NCBI GenBank assembly: GCA_023436495.1
Contig: JAEZIT010000120.1
Span: forward strand, 14,107 to 78,106
Direction: 5' to 3'
Length of the DNA stretch: 64,000 bases
From: Acidobacteriota bacterium
GTDB lineage: Bacteria; Acidobacteriota; Blastocatellia; Pyrinomonadales; Pyrinomonadaceae
This document shows, piece after piece, positions 19,089 to 29,351 of the stretch. Positions within the stretch are counted from its first letter, which is position 1; the number at the start of each line of letters is the position of its first letter. The notes under the pieces were generated by a model. It was not told the DNA's origin. It saw only the letters and a list, made by a program, of their open reading frames with translations, and did not search any database. Position numbers and translations under genes: made by a program.

Positions 19089-20902
19089 GTCGCCGCTGCC
19101 TCTTCACGTCCCCTTAACCTGCTGTTACGATAACCGTAGGCAAAGTAAAGCAGCAGCCCGACAAGCAGCCATGCTCCGAACCTCATCCAGTTGATGATCC
19201 CTAACTCCGTCATCAGATAGGTACAGCACATCACCCCGAGCACCGGTATCAGCGTGAGCCGCTTCACGAAACAAAGCGCCGTCATAACCAGGGCAAGAGC
19301 GATAAAGACGAAGTACGGGATTTTATGGCTGAACGTCATCAGGGCCGATTCTCCGTTCTTCGGTGAAAAATCGGTAAAGAAGCTGACTACGGCGTCCGCA
19401 TTGTAATAGATCACCACGTACATGATGATCAGGAACAATACCGGCATGATCCATTGCGAATTTATATAAGGGACGAAACGCTTCTGGCCCGCGAATTCCT
19501 TGTCCTTCACTAACACGCCCGCGCAAACGATAGTAAATGCGAACAGCGTCCCGATCACGGTCAGGTCGGTCACTTCCGACAGGTTCATGAAGAGAGCCGG
19601 AACGGCGACCATGACGCCCGTAAGCAGCGTCGAGAACCACGGCGTGCGAAATTTCGGATGAATCGCCGAAAATATCTTCGGCAGCAGGCCGTCGCGGCTC
19701 ATCGCCATCCAGAGACGCGGCTGTCCTAGCTGGAACACCAGCAGCACCGTCGCAAGAGCCACAACCGAGCTAACCGCGATGATCCCCGAAACCCACGGAA
19801 TGTTCACGCCTTCCGGCCCGAAAACAAATGCGAGCGGATCGCCGACATTGAGCTTCGTGTACGACACCATGCCAGTAAGCACAAGAGCCAGCACGACATA
19901 CAGCACCGTACATACGATCAGCGAATAGAGCATGCCCCGCGGAAGCGTCTTATACGGATCCTTGCATTCTTCGGCCGTCGTCGAGAGTGCGTCAAAACCG
20001 ATATACGCAAAGAACACGGCTGCGACGCCGCCCATGACACCGCCGAAGCCGTTCGGCATGAACGGGCTCCAGTTCGACGTGTTCACATAAAAAGCACCGA
20101 GCACGATCACAAGCAGGATGATCGCAAGCTTGACCGCGACCATGATGTTCGACGCCGTCTTTGATTCGCGAATGCCGACGTAAACCAACGCCGTGATCAG
20201 CAGCACTATGCCGAGTGCGGGCAGGTCCGCGACGATGGGAATGCTGCCTATTGTGGGAGCGTTCGCCCACGCGGCGTGTGCATCAAGCTGTGCGCAGGTT
20301 ATCGCCGGGTCTGTGCCGCCGCACGCCGCACGCAGAGCCTCCAGCGTCTTTCCGTCGCCGACGGCCTTTTGGACCGCGTCGTATCCTTGCGACGCCGTGC
20401 GGAAATCCATCGTGAAATGTTCGGGAACGTTGACGCCGTTTGCCGACAATAGGCCCGTGAAATAATCACTCCAGGAAATTGCGACCGCTATGTTGCCGAT
20501 AGCGTATTCCACCAAAAGGTCCCAGCCGATTATCCACGCCAACAGTTCGCCAAAGCTTGCATAAGCATAGGTATAGGCCGAACCCGCGATCGGGATCTTC
20601 GACGCGAATTCCGCATAGCACAATGCCGAAAACCCACACGCGATCGCTGCAAAAACGAACAATAGGATCACCGCCGGGCCGCCTTTGTAAGAAGCTTGGC
20701 CTACCATCGCAAAGATCCCCGCGCCGACGATCGCCGCGATGCCCAGCATCGTCAAGTCAAATGTACCCAGCGACCGCCTTAGGCCGGTGACATTTTCCTC
20801 TGCCGGCGAACCGGGAACCAGCGTTTCCGAATCGGAAAAACCCGCGGCTGCATCCGCCTGTATCTGGGCGATGGATTTCTTGCGAAGTAGCGAATTGAGC
20901 AT
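19085..20902 (-). CDS. APC superfamily amino acid permease (cationic amino acid transporter-like, ~14 TM)
   Basis: Multi-TM protein with GAGIFAMVG and FFAYIGFDALSTTAEE signatures. The ATG at 20902 (MLNSLLRKKS) is preferred; the track start at 20923 is a TTG. Confidence 0.9.
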   Translation of the reverse strand: MLNSLLRKKSIAQIQADAAAGFSDSETLVPGSPAEENVTGLRRSLGTFDLTMLGIAAIVGAGIFAMVGQASYKGGPAVILLFVFAAIACGFSALCYAEFASKIPIAGSAYTYAYASFGELLAWIIGWDLLVEYAIGNIAVAISWSDYFTGLLSANGVNVPEHFTMDFRTASQGYDAVQKAVGDGKTLEALRAACGGTDPAITCAQLDAHAAWANAPTIGSIPIVADLPALGIVLLITALVYVGIRESKTASNIMVAVKLAIILLVIVLGAFYVNTSNWSPFMPNGFGGVMGGVAAVFFAYIGFDALSTTAEECKDPYKTLPRGMLYSLIVCTVLYVVLALVLTGMVSYTKLNVGDPLAFVFGPEGVNIPWVSGIIAVSSVVALATVLLVFQLGQPRLWMAMSRDGLLPKIFSAIHPKFRTPWFSTLLTGVMVAVPALFMNLSEVTDLTVIGTLFAFTIVCAGVLVKDKEFAGQKRFVPYINSQWIMPVLFLIIMYVVIYYNADAVVSFFTDFSPKNGESALMTFSHKIPYFVFIALALVMTALCFVKRLTLIPVLGVMCCTYLMTELGIINWMRFGAWLLVGLLLYFAYGYRNSRLRGREEAAAT

Positions 20903-21098
20903 ATTAAAATGGCGTTTCGGCAATGTGACCGATGATCAAGATCAAGAAACTCGTCGGCCCGCTGCCCGGCCGAACTATGCAGTGATTTGCGAATTCTGAA
21001 TGAAAACCGCGAAAGATGCAAGCGTGAGCGCTTTCGTCGATCGTACGAATCGCATTGGCACGCTCGATTAGCCGAAATCGTTCCGTTAAAATACCCTC

Positions 21099-21371
21099 AT
21101 GGATTGGAAGATCTTTGGGACAGCTTTTTTGACGTTGTTTTTGGCAGAGCTCGGTGACAAGACCCAGCTCGCCGTAATTACCATGACCGCAAAGACCGAA
21201 TCAAAGGTCGCGGTCTTCCTAGGAGCAAGCCTCGCTTTGGTGCTCGTATCGCTGCTTGGCGTCCTCGTCGGCGGCATACTAAGCCAATATATCCCCACCG
21301 AATGGCTTCAGCGCATCGTCGCTGCCGCATTTATTATCATCGGCATTTTAATGCTGCTCGGAAAGCTTTGA
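21099..21371 (+). CDS. UPF0016 (TMEM165/GDT1) family single-repeat membrane protein
   Basis: 90 aa with 3 TM segments. Signature E-x-G-D-K-T (AELGDKTQ). Confidence 0.85.
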   Translation: MDWKIFGTAFLTLFLAELGDKTQLAVITMTAKTESKVAVFLGASLALVLVSLLGVLVGGILSQYIPTEWLQRIVAAAFIIIGILMLLGKL

Positions 21372-21403
21372 TCGGCCGCGGCCGCCTTAAAGTTTGAACG
21401 CGC

Positions 21404-21964
21404 TTACGCTGAGACCGATCTGCGTTTCAGCCTGTCGGCGTATTTCTTCCGGAATTTTGCGACCTTCGGCGCAACGACCGCCGCGCAATACGGCTGGTTC
21501 GGGTTGTTCGCGAAGTATTCCTGATGGTAACCCTCCGCCGGCCAGAATTTGTCGAATGCAGTCACTTCCGTAACGATCGGGTCGTCGTAGATCCCGGCTT
21601 CGTTTATTTCGGCTATAACTTCTTCGGCGTCGCGTTTCTGTTCGTCCGAATGGTAATAGATCGCCGAACGGTACGAAGGCCCGACATCGTTGCCCTGGCG
21701 GTTAAGCGTCGTTGGGTCATGCACCGTGAAAAACACCCGCAGCAGGTCCTTGAATGATAAGGCGTTCGGGTCGAATTTTACCTGCACGACCTCGGTATGT
21801 CCCGTGTCCTGCATGCAGACTTCCTGATACGTCGGATTCTCCTTATGCCCGCCGGAATATCCCGAAACCACGTCCTCGACGCCTTCCAGGTCGTCAAAGA
21901 TCGCCTCGACACACCAAAAACACCCGGCACCAAGTGTGGCTGTTTCCAAATTACTCTTTTCCAT
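21404..21964 (-). CDS. msrA: Peptide-methionine (S)-S-oxide reductase
   Basis: GAGCFWCVEA active-site motif. The ATG at 21964 is preceded by AGGAG/AAGGA and lies directly after the acs stop. The longer track ORF would overlap acs. Confidence 0.92.
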   Translation of the reverse strand: MEKSNLETATLGAGCFWCVEAIFDDLEGVEDVVSGYSGGHKENPTYQEVCMQDTGHTEVVQVKFDPNALSFKDLLRVFFTVHDPTTLNRQGNDVGPSYRSAIYYHSDEQKRDAEEVIAEINEAGIYDDPIVTEVTAFDKFWPAEGYHQEYFANNPNQPYCAAVVAPKVAKFRKKYADRLKRRSVSA

Positions 21965-21968
21965 TTCC

Positions 21969-23921
21969 TTACTCCTCGTCCTGCCGCAGTTTCTCGAGCA
22001 CCGAAAAATCTTCAAGTGTCGTTACATCGCCCGCGACCTGCCCGCTCGATGCGAGCTCTCTTAGCAGCCGCCGCATGATCTTTCCCGAACGCGTTTTCGG
22101 CAGAGCGTCCGTAAAGCGTATATCGTCCGGTTTGGCGAGGGCACCGATCTCCTTCGCAACATGCGACCGAAGTTCGTTCTTCAGCGCGTCGCTGCCCGAG
22201 CGGCCGCCTTCCAGTGTCACGAATGCTGCGATCGCCTGGCCTTTCAGATCGTCCGGACGGCCGACAACGGCCGCTTCGGCAACAGATTCGTGGGACACGA
22301 GCGCCGATTCGACCTCTGCCGTACCCAGCCTGTGGCCGCTGACGTTTATTACGTCGTCGACGCGGCCCATGATCCAATAATTGCCCATTTCGTCCCGCCG
22401 CGCACCGTCGCCGGCGAAATATACGCCCGGAATCTCCGACCAATACGTTTCCTTATACCGCTGATCGTCTCCCCATATGGTCCTGAGCATCGCCGGCCAT
22501 GGATGTTTGATGACGAGGTAGCCGCCTTCGTTGGTGCCGACCGGTACACCCGCTTTCGTAACAACGTCAACGATAATTCCCGGCAGCGGCCGCGTGGCCG
22601 TTCCCGGCACTGTGGGCGTTGCCCCCGGCAGCGGCGAGATCATGATCCCGCCGGTTTCGGTCTGCCACCATGTATCGACGATCGGACACCGCCGCTTGCC
22701 GATCACGGCGTGATACCACATCCACGCCTCAGGATTGATCGGCTCGCCAACCGTCCCGAGAAGACGCAGTGATGACAAATCATGCTTAAGCGGATGCTGC
22801 TCGCCCCACTTTATAAATGCCCTGATCGCCGTCGGAGCCGTATAAAGGATATTGATCTTGTGACGCTCGATCATGTCCCAGAACCGGTCCGGCCCCGGGT
22901 AATTCGGAGCTCCTTCGTACATAAAAACGGTCGCCCCTTCCGCCAGCGGCCCGTAAACAACATAGCTGTGGCCGGTCACCCAGCCGATATCCGCCGTGCA
23001 CCAATAAATATCGTTGTCCTTCAGGTCGAAGATCATCCGCGTCGTATAGGTGATCTGGGTCATATACCCGCCCGTCGTATGCAGGATGCCCTTCGGTTTG
23101 CCGGTCGTACCCGAGGTGTAAAGGATATATAGCGGATGTTCCGAATCGAGCTCTTCGGCGGGGCACTCGGTGTCGACGGTCTTCGTCAGCTCGTGCCACC
23201 AATGATCGCGGCCGGGCTGCATCTTGATCTTCGATCCCGTGCGCTGAAAAACGATGATGTCCTTGACCGACGGACATTGTTTTGCCGCCTCGTCCACGAC
23301 GTCTTTTAACCGCAATTCTTCTCCGCGGCGATATCCGCCGTCCGCCGTGATTATCAGCTTGCACTGCCCGTCGTTGACGCGGTCGCGGATCGCGTCCGCC
23401 GAAAACCCGCCGAAGATAACTGTATGCGTCGCTCCGATACGCGCACATGCAAGCATCGCCACTGTCAGCGCCGGCACCAGCGGCATATAGATAGCGACAC
23501 GGTCGCCAGTCTTAATATCAAGTTCCCTCAAGACGTTCGCGAACCGCGCAACCTCCTGATGGAGCTGCAAATAAGTGATCGTCTTTATCTCGCCGGTCTC
23601 GCCTTCCCAAATGATCGCGGCCTTATTCCGCCGCCAGGTGTCTAAGTGTCGGTCGAGACAGTTGTACGAAACGTTGAGTTTGCCGCCGACGAACCATTTC
23701 GCAAACGGTTGGTTCCATTCCAGCACGTTGTCCCATTTTCTGAACCAGTGCAGGCTCTCCGCCTGTTTGGCCCAAAATGCTTGTGGGTCCGCGGCCGCTT
23801 CGGCATACAGGCGCTCGTATTCGTCCATGCTCTTGATCCGTGCATCGGCGGAAAATTCTGCGGGCGGCTGAAAGGTCCTCGTTTCGTTCAGTACGGATTC
23901 GATAGCAATGGGTTCGGTCAT
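21969..23921 (-). CDS. acs: Acetyl-CoA synthetase (AMP-forming)
   Basis: 650 aa. [14 protein letters not shown]-binding motif, WWQTETGG, and C-terminal [11 protein letters not shown]. Confidence 0.97.
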   Translation of the reverse strand: MTEPIAIESVLNETRTFQPPAEFSADARIKSMDEYERLYAEAAADPQAFWAKQAESLHWFRKWDNVLEWNQPFAKWFVGGKLNVSYNCLDRHLDTWRRNKAAIIWEGETGEIKTITYLQLHQEVARFANVLRELDIKTGDRVAIYMPLVPALTVAMLACARIGATHTVIFGGFSADAIRDRVNDGQCKLIITADGGYRRGEELRLKDVVDEAAKQCPSVKDIIVFQRTGSKIKMQPGRDHWWHELTKTVDTECPAEELDSEHPLYILYTSGTTGKPKGILHTTGGYMTQITYTTRMIFDLKDNDIYWCTADIGWVTGHSYVVYGPLAEGATVFMYEGAPNYPGPDRFWDMIERHKINILYTAPTAIRAFIKWGEQHPLKHDLSSLRLLGTVGEPINPEAWMWYHAVIGKRRCPIVDTWWQTETGGIMISPLPGATPTVPGTATRPLPGIIVDVVTKAGVPVGTNEGGYLVIKHPWPAMLRTIWGDDQRYKETYWSEIPGVYFAGDGARRDEMGNYWIMGRVDDVINVSGHRLGTAEVESALVSHESVAEAAVVGRPDDLKGQAIAAFVTLEGGRSGSDALKNELRSHVAKEIGALAKPDDIRFTDALPKTRSGKIMRRLLRELASSGQVAGDVTTLEDFSVLEKLRQDEE

Positions 23922-24058
23922 ATTCAGCGATTATAAAATAACTGTACACAGAGTTTAAAACCTTCTGTGCGCACGGCCGTTTTGGATTCCGGTTGCTACC
24001 GTGTAAAATCTGCGAAGATTCGGGTCCGCAGCCAATTTCTGTACCATAAATTCTACTT

Positions 24059-25570
24059 ATGCCGCTTCTCGAAATGAGAAATATCGTCAAGGAATTTCCG
24101 GGCGTAAAAGCGCTTGACGGCGTTAGCTTTACGCTCGAAAAGGGCGAATTTCACGCGTTGGTTGGCGAGAACGGCGCCGGTAAATCGACGCTGATGAAGG
24201 TATTATCCGGCGTATACCCTTCCGGCGATTTTACGGGTGACATCATCATCGACGGTGAAGAGCGGCATTTTCGCGGCGTTCGCGATTCCGAATCGGCCGG
24301 AATCGCTATCATTTTTCAGGAACTCTCACTCGTTAAAGAACTTACCGTCGGCGAAAACATCTTTCTCGGCAAGGAGCCGTCGCGTCTCGGTGTCATAAAT
24401 TGGTCCGAGCTTTATCATCGCGCCGCCAAGCTGCTCGCCGACCTGAATCTAGCCATCGATCCGCGTGTAACCGTCGGAAACCTTGGTATTGGCCAGCAGC
24501 AGCTTGTCGAGATCGCCAAGGCGCTCTCGCAGGAAGCCAAAATACTCGTCCTCGACGAACCAACCGCGGCGCTTACCGATTCCGAGGTTGAAACTCTTTT
24601 CGATATCCTCAGAAACCTGAAACAGCGCGGCGTCGGTATGATCTACATCTCGCACAAGCTCGACGAGGTGTTCGAGATGAGCGACCGCATCACCGTTCTC
24701 CGCGACGGCCGCACCGTTGGCACCGCCGATGCCGCTGATACGGACAAGAACAAGGTTATCGCGTTGATGGTCGGGCGCGAGGTCGGCGATATTTTTCCCG
24801 AACCCACGCACGAATTCGGCGAAACGGTCCTCGAGGTCCGCGGCCTTACGGTCTATTCCATTGATAATCCCGACAAGAAGGTCGTCGATAACATCTCATT
24901 CGGCGTCCGAGAGGGCGAGGTCCTCGGCATTGCGGGCCTAATGGGTTCCGGCCGTACGGAGCTTCTAATGTCGATCTTCGGAGGCTGGCAGGGAAAATAC
25001 GACCGCGAATTATTACTAAAAGGCCGCCGGATCGAGATAGATTCGCCGTCAGACGCGATTCGGAACGGCATCGGGTTTGTCACCGAGGACCGGAAGCGCT
25101 TCGGCCTTATCCTCGAACAGACCATTTCCGACAATATGTCGCTCGCCGGCTTGCGGTCTATCTCCGGCGCGTTCGTCACCAATCGAACGCGCGAAATGAA
25201 CGCGGCACAGGGACAGATGCGTTCGCTCCGCGTCAAGGCAAATTCGCCGCTAACCATAACCGGCACGCTATCCGGCGGCAATCAACAAAAGGTCGTGCTC
25301 GGGAAATGGCTTCTCACAAATCCGAAGGTGCTTTTTCTGGATGAGCCGACACGCGGTATCGACGTAGGAGCCAAACAGGAGATATACGCCGAGATAAATA
25401 AACTTGCGAAAGAGGGGTTGGCGATCGTACTTGTTTCGTCGGAACTGCCCGAAGTTTTGGGCCTGTCCGATCGCGTCATCGTGCTGCATGAAGGCGTCAT
25501 GACCGGGCAATTCGAACGCAGGGAAGCGACGCCGGAAAAAGTGATGGCGGCGGCGACCGGCTCCGTTTAA
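24059..25570 (+). CDS. Sugar ABC transporter ATP-binding protein (tandem ATPase, XylG/MglA/RbsA type)
   Basis: Two NBDs. The first has Walker A GENGAGKST, and the signature LSGGNQQK is in the second half. 503 aa. Confidence 0.93.
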   Translation: MPLLEMRNIVKEFPGVKALDGVSFTLEKGEFHALVGENGAGKSTLMKVLSGVYPSGDFTGDIIIDGEERHFRGVRDSESAGIAIIFQELSLVKELTVGENIFLGKEPSRLGVINWSELYHRAAKLLADLNLAIDPRVTVGNLGIGQQQLVEIAKALSQEAKILVLDEPTAALTDSEVETLFDILRNLKQRGVGMIYISHKLDEVFEMSDRITVLRDGRTVGTADAADTDKNKVIALMVGREVGDIFPEPTHEFGETVLEVRGLTVYSIDNPDKKVVDNISFGVREGEVLGIAGLMGSGRTELLMSIFGGWQGKYDRELLLKGRRIEIDSPSDAIRNGIGFVTEDRKRFGLILEQTISDNMSLAGLRSISGAFVTNRTREMNAAQGQMRSLRVKANSPLTITGTLSGGNQQKVVLGKWLLTNPKVLFLDEPTRGIDVGAKQEIYAEINKLAKEGLAIVLVSSELPEVLGLSDRVIVLHEGVMTGQFERREATPEKVMAAATGSV

Positions 25571-25580
25571 GAGATTTGGG

Positions 25581-26723
25581 ATGAACGAAACCTTAAAAGC
25601 GAATTTTTCGAAAGCGTCACTGCGTGCCTATGTAATGATCCTAGTTCTCGGGATCATCTGGGCATATTTTCACTGGGCGACCGATTCGATCTTTCTGACG
25701 TCGCGAAATCTGTCCAATCTGATGACGCAGATGTCGGTCACAGGCATTTTGGCGGTCGGCATGCTGATGCTGATCGTTTCCGGGAATATCGACCTGTCGG
25801 TCGGTTCGGTCCTTGGGTTTGCCGGCGGCGTCGCGGCGTTCGCTTTGACGACGATGGGCCATTCGCTGCCGGTATCGATCCTGCTCGCGATCGTTGTCGG
25901 AACGCTGATCGGCGTATTCCACGGCGTATTGACGGCTTACCTGAATATCCCGGCATTTATCGTGACGCTCGGCGGCCTGCTTGCTTGGCGCGGTGCCGTA
26001 AAGTGGCTGCTTGGCGGCAATACCATTCCCATCTCCGACGAAACATTCAAAGCCATCGGCCAGAGCAATCTGTCGGAAACGTACGGCTGGACACTTGCCG
26101 CGGTCGCGATAATCTTTGTCCTTCTTAACGCCGTCCGCAACGCGCGCTCGGTCAAGGAATACGGCCTTGGCGAAGCGAACTACGGCGGCGAACTGGTGAA
26201 ATCTATAATTCCCATCGGCGCGATCGTCGCGTTCATATGGGTGATGAATTCGTATCAGGGCGTGCCGATCCCGGTGCTCATTCTCGTCGCGGTCGGTCTG
26301 ATCGGCGCGTTCATTACGAATTCGACCACCTTCGGCAGATATCTTTACGCCATCGGCGGAAATTCGGACGCTGCCCGTCTCTCCGGCATCAATAATAAAC
26401 GCAATATTCTTGTCGTTTTCGGCGTTCTCGGAGCTTTGACGGGCGTGGCGTCGCTGATCTTTACTGCACGCGTTGGCAGCGCGGCTCCGGACGCCGGAAC
26501 ACTCAAAGAACTGGACGCTATCGCGGCGTGCGTTATCGGCGGAGCTTCGCTGGTCGGCGGACGCGGAACGATCTTTGGCGCATGTCTCGGGGCGCTCATT
26601 ATGGCGAGTCTCGATAACGGTATGTCACTCCTCAATGTCCGCGATTTCCTTCAGGACATCATTAAAGGCTCGATCCTGGTCGCGGCCGTAGGTTTGGATA
26701 TGGTCGGCCGCAAGCCAAGTTAG
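25581..26723 (+). CDS. Sugar ABC transporter permease (XylH/GguB-like)
   Basis: 380 aa and about 10 TM. Has the typical C-terminal GGASLVGGRGT pattern of the CUT2 family. Confidence 0.9.
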   Translation: MNETLKANFSKASLRAYVMILVLGIIWAYFHWATDSIFLTSRNLSNLMTQMSVTGILAVGMLMLIVSGNIDLSVGSVLGFAGGVAAFALTTMGHSLPVSILLAIVVGTLIGVFHGVLTAYLNIPAFIVTLGGLLAWRGAVKWLLGGNTIPISDETFKAIGQSNLSETYGWTLAAVAIIFVLLNAVRNARSVKEYGLGEANYGGELVKSIIPIGAIVAFIWVMNSYQGVPIPVLILVAVGLIGAFITNSTTFGRYLYAIGGNSDAARLSGINNKRNILVVFGVLGALTGVASLIFTARVGSAAPDAGTLKELDAIAACVIGGASLVGGRGTIFGACLGALIMASLDNGMSLLNVRDFLQDIIKGSILVAAVGLDMVGRKPS

Positions 26724-26729
26724 AACGCA

Positions 26730-27260
26730 ATGTCCGCACCGGAGCGATTCACTTGGGCGGTCGAGATTATGGACGTGCAGCCGACTGACCGCGTTCTCGA
26801 GATCGGCTGCGGCCACGGTATCGCGGCCGAACTCGTATGCGAATGCTTGACCACAGGAACCATCACCGCTATCGACCGTTCCGAAAAGATGGCCGAGCTC
26901 GCTCGCTCCCGGAATCGCGGCAATATCGATTCCGGAAAAGCCGTAATCGAGACGGCGGATCTGCTGACACATCCGCCGCCCGCCGCACGCTTCGACAAGA
27001 TCTTTCTTTATAACCTGAACGTTTTCTGGATGGACCCGGCCGACGAACTGGCCGCAATAAAACGCCTGCTCGCGCCAAGCGGTAAATTCTACATCTTTCA
27101 CCGCCCGCCGCCCGGCGGCGACGCACGCGAATACGCAGTCGAATTCGAAAAGAACTTGACGAAATACGGTCTTACAGTGATAGAAACGGAATTTAACGAT
27201 TCGCCCGAAGTAAATTCTGTATGCATCATATCGGAATACAGTTCAACTATCCCCCGATAA
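26730..27260 (+). CDS. Class I SAM-dependent methyltransferase
   Basis: Motif I VLEIGCGHG, with a Rossmann-like arrangement downstream. Confidence 0.8.
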   Translation: MSAPERFTWAVEIMDVQPTDRVLEIGCGHGIAAELVCECLTTGTITAIDRSEKMAELARSRNRGNIDSGKAVIETADLLTHPPPAARFDKIFLYNLNVFWMDPADELAAIKRLLAPSGKFYIFHRPPPGGDAREYAVEFEKNLTKYGLTVIETEFNDSPEVNSVCIISEYSSTIPR

Positions 27261-28290
27261 AACTCATCGTCCGCGACGGCTGCACAAAATCCTCGTCATT
27301 GATATGATGCCGGGCTTCTTTCTGCAGTACGGCGTTCTCGATAAATCCGACGATCTCGTCCCGCGATGCACCGCTACGCAGAACGTCGCGAAGGTTATGT
27401 TCACCGGTCGAAAACAGGCACGTCCTGATCTGCCCGTCCGCGGTCAGCCGTATTCGCGAACACTGTCCGCAGAACATTTCCGTCACCGGTGCGATAATGC
27501 CGATCTCGCCGGGTGCGCCGTCCTCAAATTCGTATTTCCATGCCGTTTCGCTTCCGCGTGACGTGTTCTTTTGTCTGATCGGGAACGCGGCGTTTATCGC
27601 ATCGCGTATCTCGCGGCCCGAAACGACCGAAGCCCGGTCCCACTCGTGCCCCGAATCCAGCGGCATAAATTCGATGAACCGCATAGAAACGGCGTTCTCG
27701 CGCGCGAACCGAGCAAAATCTACGACTTCGTCGTCATTGCAACCGCGAATGATCACGGCGTTGATCTTTACGGGTTCGAAACCATGTTCTTTCGCCGACG
27801 TGATCGCATCGAGCACTTTTCCCAGAGCATCCACGCCCGTGATGTCTTGAAATCTTTCGGGTTTTAACGAATCCAGGCTGATCGTCACGCGGTCGAGCCC
27901 CGCGTCCTTCAGGTCCGTTGCCTTGCGCGGCAGATCAAATCCGTTCGTCGTCAGGGCGAGGTCTTTCAGATCGGGCTTCAAACCGGAGAGCCGCCTCACC
28001 AGCGCTGGTACGTCCTTTCTTATCAGCGGTTCGCCGCCCGTCAGGCGTATCTTTTCTATACCGAGTGATACGAAGATCTCCGCCAGGTATTCGATCTCTT
28101 CGAAGGACAGGATCGTGCCTTTGCGGGCAAGCGGCGGTTCGCCGTTGGGCAGGCAGTAAAAGCATCTGAAATTACACCGGTCCGTCAGCGAAATTCGCAG
28201 GTCGCGGATGGTTCGGTTGTAAGCATCTCTCAGCACCACACGTAAATGATAACCCCTTTCGAATGACTTTGAAATTGTGGGACAGGGCAA
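27247..28290 (-). CDS. moaA: GTP 3',8-cyclase (molybdenum cofactor biosynthesis, radical SAM)
   Basis: LRISLTDRCNFRCFYCLP radical-SAM CxxxCxxC motif, and a C-terminal CxxC...C cluster (FCGQCSRIRLTADG). The start is uncertain: the track start is a TTG and GTG candidates lie about 15 codons in. Confidence 0.9.
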   Translation of the reverse strand: MPCPTISKSFERGYHLRVVLRDAYNRTIRDLRISLTDRCNFRCFYCLPNGEPPLARKGTILSFEEIEYLAEIFVSLGIEKIRLTGGEPLIRKDVPALVRRLSGLKPDLKDLALTTNGFDLPRKATDLKDAGLDRVTISLDSLKPERFQDITGVDALGKVLDAITSAKEHGFEPVKINAVIIRGCNDDEVVDFARFARENAVSMRFIEFMPLDSGHEWDRASVVSGREIRDAINAAFPIRQKNTSRGSETAWKYEFEDGAPGEIGIIAPVTEMFCGQCSRIRLTADGQIRTCLFSTGEHNLRDVLRSGASRDEIVGFIENAVLQKEARHHINDEDFVQPSRTMSFIGG

Positions 28291-28293
28291 GTT

Positions 28294-28333
28294 TTACGAT
28301 ATTTACGATATTTATGATATTTATGATTTTTAT
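28294..28333. repeat. 9-bp tandem repeat (TTACGATAT x2, TTATGATAT, TTATGATTT, TTAT)
   Basis: Read directly. It fills the 39-nt queG-moaA junction and includes the queG stop codon. Confidence 0.7.
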
Positions 28334-29268
28334 TGGTCAGGGCCGTTTGCCAGAGCTCGTGCGTTCCGCTGCAGGCCGCCGAGCTTCGCCCGCTTTATCG
28401 CGCTTCGGCGAAACCGTTCGGCATAGGTCTCCGGCGTGAATTCCGCTACCTCACTCAAGCTCACAGACGTTTCTCCGCGTCGCGGCTCGAACCGCGTCTC
28501 GTCCGTCGGTTTCTCGAACCGGTTCCACGGGCATACGTCCTGACAAATATCGCAGCCGTATATGTAGCCTTCCATTTTTCCGGTTATTTCCGCAGGCAGC
28601 TCTTCATCTCTTAGCTCGATCGTGGCATAGGACAGGCATTTCGTTGAATCGACAACGTATGGCTCGACGATCGCATTCGTCGGGCAGGCGTCGAGGCACG
28701 CGGTACAGCTTCCGCAATGATCGGGGACGATCTCGTGATCGTAGTCGAGCTCGATATTCAACAGCAGCTCGCCGATAAAGAACCACGAGCCGAATTCGCG
28801 GGTGATGACGTTCGAATGTTTGCCCATCCAGCCTAATCCGGCGCGCACCGCCCAAGCCTTGTCCATGATCGGCGCCGTATCGACGCAGGCCTTGCTTTCA
28901 ATACCCGGAACTTCCGTCGCGATCCACGCCTGCAGCTCCCGAAGCTTTTCCTTCACGACGTCGTGATAATCGTCGCCCCAGGCGTACCGCGAGATCTTGC
29001 CGCGTTCAGGGTCGTCCGCGTGTTCGTGCGGCGTGTAATAATTCAGTGCGACGACCACTATCGATCGGGCACCCTGAAACAGCACCGCCGGATCCGACCG
29101 CTTTTCCGGCTCGCGTTCCATCCATTTCATCTCGCCGTGATATCCGTTAGCGAGCCATTCGGCAAACCTCGCTCCTTCCGCCGCGAGCGGTTCCGCCGGG
29201 ACGATGCCGACCTTGTGAAACCCGACCGCCAGCGCCTTTTGTTTTATCTTTTCGCTTAATGGATCCAC
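28330..29268 (-). CDS. queG: Epoxyqueuosine reductase
   Basis: Two ferredoxin-type clusters (CGSCTACLDACPTNA, CDICQDVCPWN) and the conserved ISRYAWGDDYH region. Confidence 0.92.
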   Translation of the reverse strand: MDPLSEKIKQKALAVGFHKVGIVPAEPLAAEGARFAEWLANGYHGEMKWMEREPEKRSDPAVLFQGARSIVVVALNYYTPHEHADDPERGKISRYAWGDDYHDVVKEKLRELQAWIATEVPGIESKACVDTAPIMDKAWAVRAGLGWMGKHSNVITREFGSWFFIGELLLNIELDYDHEIVPDHCGSCTACLDACPTNAIVEPYVVDSTKCLSYATIELRDEELPAEITGKMEGYIYGCDICQDVCPWNRFEKPTDETRFEPRRGETSVSLSEVAEFTPETYAERFRRSAIKRAKLGGLQRNARALANGPDQ

Positions 29269-29351
29269 CTTTTTTCAGCCTAACATATCGGCGCAAAAAT
29301 GCGGCTGAACGGACAATGCCGAACAGCCGCGATGTTCTGGAAATAGTTTTC

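Noticed and set aside
20924-21098. yybP-ykoY manganese riboswitch upstream of the UPF0016 gene, or an amino-acid riboswitch upstream of the divergent permease.
   Set aside because: The conserved GGGGAGUAG / UUGACA-type core of yybP-ykoY is absent. I recognised no lysine or glycine riboswitch cores on the opposite strand either.
28291-28329. Moco riboswitch in front of moaA.
   Set aside because: Only 39 nt separate moaA from queG, and they consist of a 9-bp tandem repeat. That is far too short for the ~130-150-nt Moco RNA motif.
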